DNA of 63,513 nucleotides, the filler included, from Lenisia limosa (Eukaryota > Protista > Breviatea), in the NCBI GenBank assembly GCA_001655205.1. It is 13 parts of 13 records of this genome, joined end to end, with 100 filler letters (N's around TTAATTAATTAA, not from the genome) between each part and the next. Parts side by side here need not be neighbours in the genome. Positions count along the whole stretch, not along the records: positions 46,195 to 50,749 come from LPNZ01005513.1; positions 50,850 to 53,674 come from LPNZ01011374.1; positions 53,775 to 54,971 come from LPNZ01003020.1; positions 55,072 to 56,889 come from LPNZ01008306.1; positions 56,990 to 62,353 come from LPNZ01002450.1; 8 more parts are not named here. One strand, 5' to 3'. Every line of letters begins with the position of its first letter. Position 1 is the stretch's first letter. Both the position numbers and the translations under genes were made by a program. Of the stretch, positions 46,386-59,459 are shown in pieces. The notes beneath the pieces were generated by a model. That model was not told where the DNA came from and did not search any database. It saw only the letters and a program-made list of their open reading frames with translations.

Positions 46386-48026
46386 ATGAAGTACATTGTG
46401 CTAATGCTTTTACTCTCTGTCCTACGGTCAGTACTTAGTCTCTACATCCCAGTCATCACCACAATACCGATACATACTGAGGTTGAAAACTCGAAGCAAT
46501 GCTCTCTTGCAGTTGGCAGTGATCCCAGTTCCACCAGTGTAATAGGTTTGTGGCGGACCTAATGGAAGTGACTATTCATTCTTTGTTAATTATTAACTCA
46601 TCACCTAGTCTTCAGTGGAGGCCCCTCTGACCAGTCGGATATCTACTACACCATTAGTATTAACGGAGGAACCTACACCACAGTCAAACGTCTTGTTACA
46701 GGAAATGGCGCTTGCTTGAAGTACCCAAAGTCAGCGTTTATATACTTCTTGATGGAAGTTGGATGGAAGTATATCTTATATGTTGTCTTCCAAACCCCCC
46801 CTTTTTTTTTCTGTTTATGAAATATTGTATTACATATTTCCATTTACAAAACTTACCCTTCTCTCCACACGTAGAATTGAGTACTTCCGTCAGGGCAACG
46901 TCTTTGTACTGACTTTCCAAGCCGGTGCCATGCTCAGACATAAAGGCTGCAATATGAACAAGTAGGTTTGTGTTAACGATAGAGGAAATAGCGTACTAGC
47001 ATAATTATTCAATGCCCCTTTTTACGCGAGCAACGCCACGTCTTACCCACCAACCTGCTTCCTTGGGCAGCCAAAACTCGATGATATCATATATATAGGT
47101 AGTTCAATATAATATTCAATGGAGTTATTATTGCTTTACCCCTACAGTCTCCATAGTTACTATATGACATCCCCCGACGGAAGATCTTGGAGCTCACCAC
47201 CTCAAGCTCTGCAAAATGCTGGAATGACTGGGGTAAGTTTCGTTAAGAATATTGCTAATTCTAATGATGACGTTACTGTTATGTTTTGTAATATTTTCTT
47301 GAAAGGGACAAGAGGGATATTCAAGACTGAAATACCAAAGTATAGGGTTGATTTTTGTTGAATGTACTTGGATTTACAAGCTATTCTTTTTTTCAATCCA
47401 TGTACAAATGATGCTGCTGTGGTACTCTCTTAACAGCTGAAATAACAATTCAGGGTCCTTGTCGTGATGGTTTATGTGGAAGTGGTGGAGCTTGGAACTA
47501 CACTGTTTGTAGGGATGCAAGTGATTATTGGCTTTATTGCCTCCCCCTCCCCTTAAAGTGAATGTTTGCAGGTAGAAGTCCATGTTTATATATTTTTTTA
47601 TTTGATTAACTTTGGCTTTATCCAAAACTTGACTTTCATGTTTTTTTTTTTGTTTTTTTGGGGGGAGGGGGTCTCCCCCCTTTTTTTCTTTTTTTATATT
47701 CTTGTGTTTTCAACCCTTATTTGTTTCTCAAATATTTCGTCAAAAGAACTGATTTGTTTTTGTTTTTTAAAATTTTCATTTTTACGGGTGATCGAGCGGT
47801 GGTGGAACTCTTCAACGGCTGGCNNNNNNNNNNNNNNNNNNNNNNNNNNNNNNNNNNNNNNNNNNNNNNNNNNNNNNNNNNNNNNNNNNNNNNNNNNNNN
47901 NNNNNNNNNNNNNNNNNNNNNNNNNNNNNNNATGGTGATGGTTTCAATAAGATCCAAGACTTTTCCTTCCCATTCAATGATTACACTGGTCGAGAGTGTT
48001 CGGGAGTATGGGGGCTTGCTTTTTGA
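46386..48026 (+). CDS. Secreted protein with an Asp-box-like motif
   Basis: Signal peptide MKYIVLMLLLSVLRSVLS; TSPDGRSWS (S/T-x-D-x-G-x-T/S-W-like); Cys-containing later exons. Confidence 0.45.
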
Positions 48027-48169
48027 ATTTGTTAACCTGTATTATCTCATATAGCTATATTATTACATGTGTATGATACCATAGGCTTCGGCCAGATACA
48101 ACCATTTTTTAATTCCCATAGCTTATCATATGATAGTATACTAGATCTATAACTATATGATATATATAC

Positions 48170-50710
48170 GTACTGGTCAACTTTCTCACCCATCAGCCGG
48201 GATATACCTCCATTGTTGAGACCGAACATGGGAAGTACGCTGCAGTTTTCAGCACTGACTGTGGCTCCCCTGCTTTTGTAGGCTTTTTGAGAACTGAAAT
48301 CAATAATAGTAACCATTATATTTCGTCAAGTCTTTGAACTATTTTCTCTTTGGGCTTCTATGTATTACCTTTATGACACTCTTTCCTTTGAGAGTGAGAG
48401 TTGAGTTGCTTTTTTGAGAATCTAATCCAATTTCAAGTATTATTGTNNNNNNNNNNNNNNNNNNNNNNNNNNNNNNNNNNNNNNNNNNNNNNNNNNNNNN
48501 NNNNNNNNNNNNNNNNNNNNNNNNNNNNNNNNNNNNNNNNNNNNNNNNNNNNNNNNNNNNNNNNNNNNNNNNNNNNNNNNNNNNNNNNNNNNNNNNNNNN
48601 NNNNNNNNNNNNNNNNNNNNNNNNNNNNNNNNNNNNCGATGCTTTGCCCATTGCCATTAACACTGGTTCTGGCCGCGTGTCTGCCTCTTATTGTTTGCCT
48701 GGTATAATTTCTAACGACATACATACTATCTATAAGAGATATTGGATTATTGTATAATATTAATGCACCCAATCATGCCTTACGACTCTGTGTCGACACC
48801 TTTTTGTGTACCTTCGCAGCATCATATAGTTTATAATATAATCATATGATAAATAATAATGCATTATACTATATACATATACATATGTAGAAATGAGAAA
48901 AAATAAGAGTATCAGGCCGAAGCCGTCCACACCATCACGTTTATATAATGGTTATAATGATTATTTTACGATAAATATTAATTCACCCAATCATTTGCCT
49001 GACAACTCTGTGCACACAGCTTTCTGCGTGCCTCCCCAGCATACCTACAAGGATTAGATTAATGAATAAGGAATATTATGAATAATACATGTGTGCTGTA
49101 CACTGATTTTCTTTCATCTAATCAAAGATACCACGTAAGTTTCTTGTCTTTATGGATGATATGAGTGCAAAATAACCACTTAGCGGGACTTGGTGTCATT
49201 TTGTTGTACAATGAAGAAGGGACCGCCAACCTCAGATTGGCCCTCAGGTTCGTCTTGAGTGTGTGACCTAAGTGTTCCAGTATATCATATCATATCTACT
49301 AATATTATATGATATCAATAAAAAACTATATACTATTTCTCTGTACCGTTCTCCTATGAGGACGTTATAATCACTATGATAGTATTTGTTCCATAAAGCC
49401 TTTGATGTCTGCAATTTTAACTCTGGCACCTCCTAAATCCGTGGCATATGGCGGTTTTAGGAGGGCCTACATGGGTTATTATGCAAGGACGTACGTCCCT
49501 AATTTCTCATCTCTATTTTATGACATATTATGTTTTTTAGCTCAGTCCCAAAAAATATTTCCCAAAAAAGACATTACCAAAAGCTATATCCACCTTCATA
49601 GACACTCTAACCCCCAGTAGCACTAATAACATGTACTCATTTGACGACGACGTTGTTCTTATCCGAGATGTCCGAGATGCTGCTCTGACTATGAAGGTAT
49701 AGGGTATTTAAATCTGCTTTTAATACTGGTCAACTTACAAAGTCACTTTATTTATCGGACTTACCAGGTCACTGTGTACATAGATAGCACTCTGTTTTTA
49801 TACATTAATGTAAGTACTGACACTCTCCCCAAAGCCGAAGGTGTCAGATGGAATGATTGAGTAATGTTATTTCTAAAATCACATTATTTAGGGTGCCTTC
49901 ACTTTCCAAATGTGCCACTTCGACTGTGACATGCCCTTGTGTATGACTGAGTTCGAAATTTCTTCCTAGTTCTATTAAAAAGTATATTATTTACCTACTC
50001 TAAGAATCCTTGGTATTCTTTCTCAACATATTCTGTGAAAGTTTAAGATTAATCCAAAATGATTATGGTGACAGTTTTCTCGGATCTCTCTAAACTTCCG
50101 ATAACAACTGGACCACTGGACCACCACCGAAAAGAGGAAATACATTGAAATGTCAGAAAAAGGCCTAGTGGATACCATCTACAAGATGAGATTGGCTCAA
50201 GACTATGATAATATGTAAATCATATTATAAGAGCCCATAATATCATTATGTACTAAGAAACAAGAAGATACTCACCAGTTTTCCTTCAGCTCCGCTTCAT
50301 CCTTGCCTAAAAGAACCGAGAGGGCGGCAACGTCCTCATTCACCACCTGAAATGTTCACCAAGATATGGATAGAGAATTTCTATGTGGCAGCACTAGAAA
50401 CCGCCAAACCTTTATCAGCTGTTCAAGTCCCTTCTGTTGATCCGAAAGGAACTACATCATAAGAATTGAGAATAATAATAATTTAATAATTATAATAAAA
50501 AAAAGCATACTATTATAAAAAACAGAGAGCATAATTATTATTTCCCAAACACCAATGTATCGGTTCTCAAGGCCAACATATGGAGCAAAATGATATGGTA
50601 ACTCATTAAACAATCTCTCACATTGTGAACAGTAGCAGCTGACTGGGTATCTAGTGGAAGGGCTTGGGAACCTGGAGCGTTTTCTCTGGACCTTACAGCT
50701 GCACTGATCT
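48170..50710 (-). CDS. Multi-exon gene of unknown function (5'-truncated)
   Basis: Exons ISAAVRSRENAPG, FLSDQQKGLEQLIK|gtttgg, VNEDVAALSVLLGKDEAELKEN|gtgagt, ELGRNFELSHTQGHVTVEV. Confidence 0.35.
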
Positions 50711-51321
50711 GAAAAAATTATAATCAGAAATTGTTACAATTGAATTTTTNNNNNNNNNNNNNNNNNNNNNNNNNNNNNNNNNNNNNNNNNNNNTTAATTA
50801 ATTAANNNNNNNNNNNNNNNNNNNNNNNNNNNNNNNNNNNNNNNNNNNNAAGCACATCGCCGCTTCATTACAGACCCCACTGCCACTCTCTACTCTCCCC
50901 CATCAGGTCAACCAAGTCTTGACGTCTTTGCTCTGAACAAGGCAAAAGATACGTTCAAACAATCGAAAAAGGGTTCATGATTATTATTGCCTTTTAATCC
51001 TTTTAGATTGGATACAAAATGTCTTCAGTCGNNNNNNNNNNNNNNNNNNNNNNNNNNNNNNNNNNNNNNNNNNNNNNNNNNNNNNNNNNNNNNNNNNNNN
51101 NNNNNNNNNNNNNNNNNNNNNNNNNNNNNNNNNNNNNNNNNNNNNNNNNNNNNNNNNNNNNNNNNNNNNNNNNNNNNNNNNNNNNNNNNNNNNNNNNNNN
51201 NNNNNNNNNNNNNNNNNNNNNNNNNNNNNNNNNNNNNNNNNNNNNNNNNNNNNNNNNNNNNNNNNNNNNNNNNNNNNNNNNNNNNNNNNNNNNNNNNNNN
51301 NGAAGGATTATAACCAAATAG

Positions 51322-53603
51322 GATGGATTCTTTGGGGATGAGACCACCTTCAGCCCGGCCTATTTCACTGACATTAAGGGTGAAATTATGGCAACAGCTC
51401 TTTCAATGTCCCGAATGACAGGTGATTTTGCCCCAGCCTCAATTATTATTGGCGGAGATGGCCCTGTTCGTGATGCTGAAGCTCGTGGAGGTGATATGCT
51501 GGACCCAATTCCGGTTTCTATCCCAAAATGTGGCGACAAATATAGCGATGCTGTGTCCTCATGGTACAAAGAAAACCCTACTGAATTGAGACCAAACTTA
51601 TTCAAGCCTTCAAAGGCCACTGAAGAGAACTGTCAATGCAATAAATGTTTCTGAATCGGAACAACGAAGAGTTCTTTCTATTCTACAATGTCTGTGATCA
51701 GTCACTTCAGCAAGCTTGCCAAGTACCTAAATGCCCTCAAACCCCAAGATCCTTGTGATGGACGGTGCTAAAGTGCACATGTCAGCCGAGGTATGTCATT
51801 ACAAACTGATGATGGTGCTGTTTGGTTTCCAACTGTGACATTTCTAGATGATGAGCCTCATCTTTTATCTATTTGGGTTCATTCTTTGTGTGGAGCCTGC
51901 GTTTACCTCCCACATCCTCCAGGTTTGCTTTTGATATTTCAATTTTCACTCAAAACCATTCGATAGCATTATTCACACTTAAGGTTGGTGACCAGCATAA
52001 CCATGCACACGTGAACGCTGATCTGAGGCGACAACTGTCAACATTCAAAAATACAAGTCCGAACAAGTAGGTCAATCAAAACAAAGATGCGCAGACTATC
52101 TTGAAGTCTCGTTTCAAATGACTATCTTGTTTCGAGCGCCTCTTTTAGGTTACTTTAGAATAACCACATGTATTGATTGAGGATTTGGAATTAAGTTCTA
52201 TCAATAACATAGGGGAAGTTCGTTCTGAAATTCGTTGTAACATATCTGTTTGTTTAAGTTATCTTCACTTTACTAGAGTGCTACGTGGCCACCAATTGAC
52301 GACTATGATGTCATCTGCTCTCCACCACGTTTCACCTTCCGTCCTCAAAGCGTCAATGACTGCAGTTGGCTTCAAGACTGATGGCACCCATGATCCCCTT
52401 CTGATTCCTCACTCCGCCTATACCCCTGGGGCAACATACAGAACCACTACAATCACTTCCGGGTTCCTTCGCTCATTGTTCCATGAAGACAATTTGACTG
52501 CTCCCCTTAGTGCCCCGTTCCTCAATAAATCATCTCCACCTTTCCCAACTTTCACCACCAAAACCACCACNNNNNNNNNNCCAGAACCACTACAATCACT
52601 TCCGGGTTCCTTCGCTCATTGTTCCATGAAAGACAATTTGACTGCTCCCCTTAGTGCCCGTTCCTCAATAAATCATCTCCACCTTTCCCAACTTTCACCA
52701 CCAAAACCACCACCATTGACCAGTGTGTTTTCCGAACAGAAAACAGGGTAAAACCTGTGATCGACAACATCACCAAGGAGGTTGCAATTGCCACTTCTTC
52801 ATCTCTTCGTGCTTCTAATACACTGAAAAATTCAGGAGAAGCTCTCTCTGAGAAGAACATCGCCTTTGTTGAAGGTGCCTCTGCGATTTCTTCCATTCTA
52901 TTACACCACAATCCTGACTTGGCTAAATGCCTGTATAAAGGTATGGGCTGCAACTCTCTCCGTATCGCAAGAACTTTCCGACCATGCCTCTGCCGTCACC
53001 AACGCCATCACCCAATCCGTGTCGATTGGCCTAGTAACTGAAGATCTGCCATCGTTTGAGATTGTACCAGTTTCTAAGGTTTGCTACAATATCGAAGTCT
53101 TTGAAAGAACAAGTACAAGTACTAAGAGCCTATCTTCATTTCATTCAATAGTTCTTACCTCCATCTTTTTTGTGATTGATTTATCATTATTTGTTTAGGG
53201 TGAGAGAGCTGTTTCACTCAAGTNNNNNNNNNNTAGTACTAAGAGCCTCATTCAATAGTTCTTACCTCCATTCTTTTTTGTGATTGATTTATCATTATTT
53301 GTTTAGGGTGAGAGAGCTGTTTCACTCAAGTGCGGAGAACTCGTTGCTACTGAAGATGATATCAAGGAGGCAATAATCCGAAAAAAGAGGATTGATTCTG
53401 CTCATGGTATCTCCTGCGGCCCAAAGGTTTGCATCGATTGTGTACATCATTTTCTATCATTATACTGAAAATTTCTCTTTTCTACATATTGTACTGACAA
53501 ATTAGCCTTTCTTTGAAAATGTTGAAGGTGTCAAGGAACTGACAATCAACGCCAAGCGCCGTGCAGCTAAAGCTACCACCACACAAATAAAAAGAAAAAA
53601 TGA
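51322..53603 (+). pseudogene. Degenerate pogo/Tc5 (DDE_1) transposase gene with spliceosomal introns
   Basis: Catalytic-type motifs GDETTF (D at 51337), ILVMDGAKVH (D at 51761) and TSHILQ|VGD (D at 51990), plus C-terminal VSPSVLKASMTAVGFKTDGTHD. Introns 51791-51847, 51923-51983, 52067-52276. In-frame TGA at 51652 and a frameshift near 51745. DNA-binding part probably upstream or in the N gap. Confidence 0.75.
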
Positions 53604-53774
53604 CTGACGTGTTTTTTGTTTAATAATCTATTAATGGTATATCATATTGTATATGATATAATGTATGTTTCTGCNNNNNNNNNNNNNNNNNNNNNNNNNN
53701 NNNNNNNNNNNNNNNNNNTTAATTAATTAANNNNNNNNNNNNNNNNNNNNNNNNNNNNNNNNNNNNNNNNNNNN

Positions 53775-54960
53775 GGAACCTCCCCCTCAGATATTGGAGA
53801 AGCCACTAATGGGGATTCCAAGTCTCCTGCGGGTAGTATGGTGCTATATCGGGATAAAACTGGAAAATTTCTGAAACAAAAAAAAATAAAATAAAAACCC
53901 AAAATAATAATTAAAAAAAGAAGCACAAAATCAGCTTTTGGCTTGCAGCACATGAGATGGGGTTGCATTGGTGCTATATTGGGGGTAAACTTGGACAATT
54001 TATGAACCAAGAAAAGAGACACGAATCAACACTATGTTAGCATGATGGGAGTTATATTGTACTTAGGGGGTAAGATGGGGGATGGGAAGAAATACCTTTT
54101 GTTATTTAGAAACAAACAAACAAAAAATAAACCTTGAGAGAGGGAGAAGTGAAACTTGATAATTTGATGAGAAAATAACATAAAAACAAAAAATCACTAT
54201 AAATTAAAAAAAAATACCTGGGGTTCCTGGGGGACGATTGGAACCGTGCAGACTCAGGCCGTTCTAAAACGTCAAAGAAACAATAAATAATAAAAAAAAA
54301 CTAAAAACCAAAAAAAAACGGTAAAAACACGATTTAGCTGAAAACAAGTTTGATTATTTTTGCCAAGACACTAATAATTTGACTTATGATATCCCTTTGT
54401 ATGTTGTTTACCTAGATTTGTAATTCAAAATAATTTAGATGATTTCTTGCCTCTCTTGCCTCTCCCTACTTGAAGATACATATAATATATATATACCCCT
54501 CCACTAACTTGAAATGGTACCTTTCTCTCTTTCCCCCTTCCTCTCCCCCCCTCCAACTTGCAGGGATTTCTCCTATGTTCATGGGGTGATCAGTTACACT
54601 CGCGCTCCGACTGTAAATGTCATTAACAAAGTTGGTGACGATCGCGAGCTTGAAGATGGGATCGTGGGGCTTTTTTACTGTTTATGATCTCTTATATACA
54701 GTGACCAGGATACGAATTGACCGATTTACTTTCTGATTCCACCGGTCAGTATATTATTACATATGCATGATATATTATGTACATAAGCTGTCATAGTAAT
54801 ATATCAAATACAGTAATTACACTATATAAAAAGTGACAGAGCTCAGATTGAGAAAATAATACTGCGAATAAGAAGGGATCTCACTTAAAACTCGGCGAAA
54901 CCCCGGGGAAGGAATGCCCGGCTCGGGGTAATGCTCGGGGGGATTCTTGGACACCTGTAG
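53775..54960 (-). CDS. Pro/Ser-rich multi-exon gene fragment
   Basis: Exons GVQESPEHYPEPGIPSPGF, RPESARFQSSPRNP|gtattt, TILPAGDLESPLVASPISEG. Confidence 0.3.
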
Positions 54961-55139
54961 CGGGGGGGGGGNNNNNNNNNNNNNNNNNNNNNNNNNNNNN
55001 NNNNNNNNNNNNNNNTTAATTAATTAANNNNNNNNNNNNNNNNNNNNNNNNNNNNNNNNNNNNNNNNNNNNCGACAAATTAGGCGGCAGTGGCGGCGAGT
55101 GCGAAACGCATGACGAGATATTTGGCGGGCATGGGGGAT

Positions 55140-56889
55140 CTAGGCACTAAAAAGTGCAAACCTGTTTACGGGTTTCACCATGGTCGGGTGGGTGGTGAGG
55201 TTACCCGAGATGACTCCCTGGCGATGTCGGAGTTCGGGGTCGGAGGCGGCACTGTAGAGGTCTAGGAATTGGTGGTGATGGGGGCAGTGAGGTGATAGAG
55301 ACGGGGGTACTGAGGATGATACTGGTTTGGCCAGTTGAGGGGGCATGTTGGGGGCGGGAACAAAAGTGACTACAGGGNNNNNNNNNNNNNNNNNNNNNNN
55401 NNNNNNNNNNNNNNNNNNNNNNNNTGGGGCTTGTGCTGACACGTCTGGATTTGGTAAGCGGTGTCTTCCTCCAGAAGATCACAGCGTGTTTGCCAGACTT
55501 GGAGTGAGTGTTCGAGAATTAACTTGGGGAGCTTGACCATTTGGGGAGAGCTTTCAGGTCGGGGTTGAGGCAGACAAAAATTTTGAAAAGACATAAATAT
55601 ATTAATAGATGAAATGAACGCATACAAACAAAATTCAATATCAATAAACAAGAAGAAGAGAAGAACAGGGAAATCAAAGAAACATTAGTCTGAGGTTTTG
55701 AAAAGACAAAAAATGTATTTATCACATGTAAGAGGAATGGTATTCAATTGTTGTAAATCGAATAGGTGGAGGTATGAGGGGGAAAAAAGGTAAAGTTGGT
55801 AGGGTGGTTATGGGTGAGGCTGGAAGACAAAGGTGAGGAGGTGGTAGGAGGAGAGGTACTCCAGGTACGTTTTTGAAAAGACAAAAATATATTAAAAGAT
55901 GAAATAAAGCACATACAAATAAAATACAATACCGGTAGACAACAAGAAGAGAAAAACAGGGGGAAACAAAGAAACATTAATCTGAGGTGGCAGCGGACCA
56001 GCATACCAAGGGGGACCACAACCTCCCGACTAAATGCTGTTGACTTGCACTCATCGAACCCCCGGGACCAAGACAAAGCAATCAAACCCAAGCGGAGTCG
56101 GGTGTGGTGTTGACGATCGGGCGATGTTGACTGTGGGGGGGGGTGAAATAGACTGTTCATCTCACCTTGTGATAGAAGGGGATCGGGGGGAGGGGAAACA
56201 CTCCTGCGAGAGCCCCGAGAAGTACCGGTCACTAAGGCAATGATCTCAATGGGTCTCAAGGAGTGCTGGGGAAGGGGTGGCTAAAATGGCAGCCAAAATG
56301 GTGAGGATTTGGATGGGAGGGTTCGGTTCGCATCACCTTGTAGTCGTAGGTGAGGTTCCATGAGTATAGCTGCGGAACAGGGTTGCGGGCGGAAACTTTT
56401 TGAAAGGACAAAAAATGTATTTATCGAAAAACATTGAGTAAACAAAACGACGGAAATTTGATAACAAGAATGTAGATTTATAATTAACTAAGGGAGAGGA
56501 ATACAAATAATACACATTCTGTACAGAAAAGAAACAAGAAAATAACTAGTACAACACAATTTTATACAACTTCGGGTGGGATGTTGGTGATCAGGCAATG
56601 TTGGCTGCGGTGGTGAAATGGGTGTAGAAGCTGTTCGGTTCACCATGTGATGGAAGGGGGATCGGGGGGAGGGGGAACACTCCTGTCAGAGCCCCGAGAA
56701 GTACCGATCACTAGGGCAATGATCCAAATGGGGCTCAAGGAGTGTTGTGGTTGCGTGGGAGGATCAGGAAGAGTGGCTAAGGTGGCGACTTGTGGTTGTC
56801 GAGGTGAGGTTTACTTGTAGTCGAAGTTTCATCATGGTCGCAAGAGGAAAAAGGTTAGGGGTTTGGGAGAGGGGAGGGAGGAGAAGGGG
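55140..56889 (-). CDS. Pro-rich gene fragment built from internally duplicated exon/intron blocks
   Basis: Near-identical blocks 56150-56270 and 56650-56750 encode HSL.PI.IIALV.GTSRGS.RSV.PPPDP; intron-like ~115-nt units at 55581-55695, 55871-55988 and ~56398-56470. Confidence 0.35.
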
Positions 56890-56989
56890 NNNNNNNNNNN
56901 NNNNNNNNNNNNNNNNNNNNNNNNNNNNNNNNNTTAATTAATTAANNNNNNNNNNNNNNNNNNNNNNNNNNNNNNNNNNNNNNNNNNNN

Positions 56990-59459
56990 ATATTCCCCCA
57001 AATCCCCCGGGTACTTTGGCGGCGTCGTCACGAGCTTTCCTCTCAAGTCGGTCCCTCTTCAACTGCTCACGAATCTGCTTCTTGTAGGCCTGGGGTGGTT
57101 ATAATGCATGCTCAACAAATGTGGGTATAAGGGAATGTGTGTTGACAAAGGGAAATTAGCGGAAAAGCAAAAATGATAAACTGACAAATATCTGTGATAT
57201 GTCCGACGGTCCCATTCTGAAATAGAACCCCCCATCCCCTCCAACCATATCAGCCTTCTTTTCAGCTCTCTCCTTTTCCTTCTCTTTTTCTCTTTTCCGT
57301 GCCTCCCTTGTTAGTGAGGATTAACCGGATCAAAACCATATAAACCAAAGGGATACTGCAAATGATTGGGTGAAGTGACACTTTTACAATCAATATTAAG
57401 TGTGATGGTGTGGACAGCTTCTGCCTGATAGAGTCTGATGTGGACAGCTTCTGCCTAATAGAGTTTGTTTGATTTCTCACCTCTAATATAAAATTATACG
57501 TGGATATGATAGTACCAGATCAAAACAGCATGATAAGGTTCTTATAATACACGATGGCCATCTTGGTGAACAGCCATTCAAAAAGAGGATCCGAAAAAGA
57601 TCGGAAAACGTCGAAATTAATCAATAGCTATCGAGTAATCTTGTCATTTAGCGGTACTGTGAGGAAGCCCTTATCAGGTAACATATGGATTGGATATACC
57701 CTTTGCCCAACAAAGCAGGTACCATTACGACGTTCGTTGGGAATTCTCTATGAGATTGGAAATGAGAAATCAACGTTAGTCAGGTGATATGCTGTTGATA
57801 TTAAGGTATCACCACCACCACCACATACCAAGCAGCCTTGTCCTCAGCACTTTCCTGGTCGGGGTTATTATGAAAGAAAAAGACAAATAAATAATGAGAA
57901 AACTGTGGGTTCAACCTTGATTTTATTGCGAAATATCAACCTACAATAATGCGTATCATTAGATTATAACTAGGGCTCCGTGGAATTAATTGTTTTGGGA
58001 GAATTAATTGACAAAATTAGAAACTAAAGTCTGAAATGGGTTCTCGTTACAATATGTCCCTCGACAAATTTTGAAATTAAATTGTCAATTAATTACACGG
58101 AGCACAAATCATTACTAATGGGTATGCAGAGAATTTGGTTGTGAGCAGAGAATCTAGGTGTGACAGAGAATTTGGGTGCCCTTTGTCCCCCCCCCCCCCC
58201 NNNNNNNNNNNNNNNNNNNNNNNNNNNNNNNNNNNNNNNNNNNNNNNNNNNNNNNNNNNNCAAGCTCAATCCTCTTCTTCTCCTCTCTTTTCTGCTTCAG
58301 GAGAATTTTCATTCTGGAGGGGAGTGAAGGAAGTTGCCATATGGGAGATGAGTGTTGTTGAAAAGGACCGAAGAGAAACTTTTGAGCACAAAAATTCAAA
58401 AGCAGCAAGTCATGAAATACAAAGTACGAAAGAGTTATACAAAAAAACAGCAAAGGCAAAACTGCGTTATATCAAAAAATCATATTGCAGGAAAATATAT
58501 TTCATTGGAGATGGTATAGTCTTGAATTGCACACTCCATATCATACTCCCTCAGGTTACTTCTGACCCATTACAACCACTAACTTATCCATTGAAGCAAT
58601 TTGCTCTTCCTTTGTAAGAGCTGCTTTTACCTCCGTGCCTAAAACAGTAACATTAATAGCATTAATATCATGTTAAATTATGCCGACTAAAGTTTAACGC
58701 ATAAGAATCACGAAAACAATCTTGTTTGAATAGAAAATTATCTACTAAAATATGCTTAATATGAAGTGGAGGATATGATCTGTTGTGTCTGGCCAAAGCC
58801 CTCAACATCATCACGCTGCGAAAGGAGTAATAATTATATTCCCTCCCACTTTGTTCGAACTTATCATGCCCTGTTTTGTGTGCGTGGAATGTTGCTTGGT
58901 CCTCAGTAGCAAATAACTTTTCGCATCTGAGTCAGTAAAATGTTCAAAGCAATCATATCGCTACAAGCAATTAGGACTTTGTTCAAATTGTGGTACAAGT
59001 TCCAAAATGATACAAATTGGGAAAATGGGAAATAGCTGTCCGTTTGCTTACATTGAGCACTTCAAAGACCGCACCTCCGTGAAGGGAATTTCTGCCTCCT
59101 GTAAACATGAGCAAAAAAAGAATATCCGATAAGGCGCAGATGTATGGTAGTTGTGTTTATCATTTTGTTAAATTTATTCTTTATCCCTAGATCTTTATTC
59201 TTTTCCCCTAGATCTTTATTTATTCTTTTTCCCAAGATCTTTATTTATTCTGTATCCCTAGATCTTTATTTAATGCATGTTTGACTTGCCCTCAAAATCT
59301 GGTAAAGAGATTACTGTGAGATCTGGTACATGACCAACCTCCTAAATGACCAACCTCCAAAAACACTCCCTACCAACCAACCTCCGAAACTGGGGCCACC
59401 GCCGTGGGGCTACTTTCCTCCGGATCCATCGTGGCGTCTAACGGCTGAAGTGAGACAGC
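56990..59459 (-). CDS. UBXN1/SAKS1-like protein with C2H2 zinc finger and coiled coil (UBA and UBX ends not seen)
   Basis: EVRSLKCS/CEKLFATEDQATFHAHKTGHDKFEQ/TEVKAALTKEEQIASMDK/MKILLKQKREEKKRIEL/ESAEDKAA/AYKKQIREQLKRDRLERKAR. Confidence 0.7.
57973..58105. mobile_element. Single MITE-like element with ~20-bp inverted ends
   Basis: GGGCTCCGTGGAATTAATTG ... CAATTAATTACACGGAGCAC; only one copy in the window. Confidence 0.5.
59185..59270. repeat. Tandem CCCTAGATCTTTATT(TATT)C repeat x4 (intronic)
   Basis: Visible directly. Confidence 0.8.

Noticed and set aside
52440-52713. Direct duplication around the 10-N gap at 52571
   Set aside because: Near-identical sequence either side of a minimal gap is typical of unmerged contig overlap; same for 53115-53330 around the gap at 53224.
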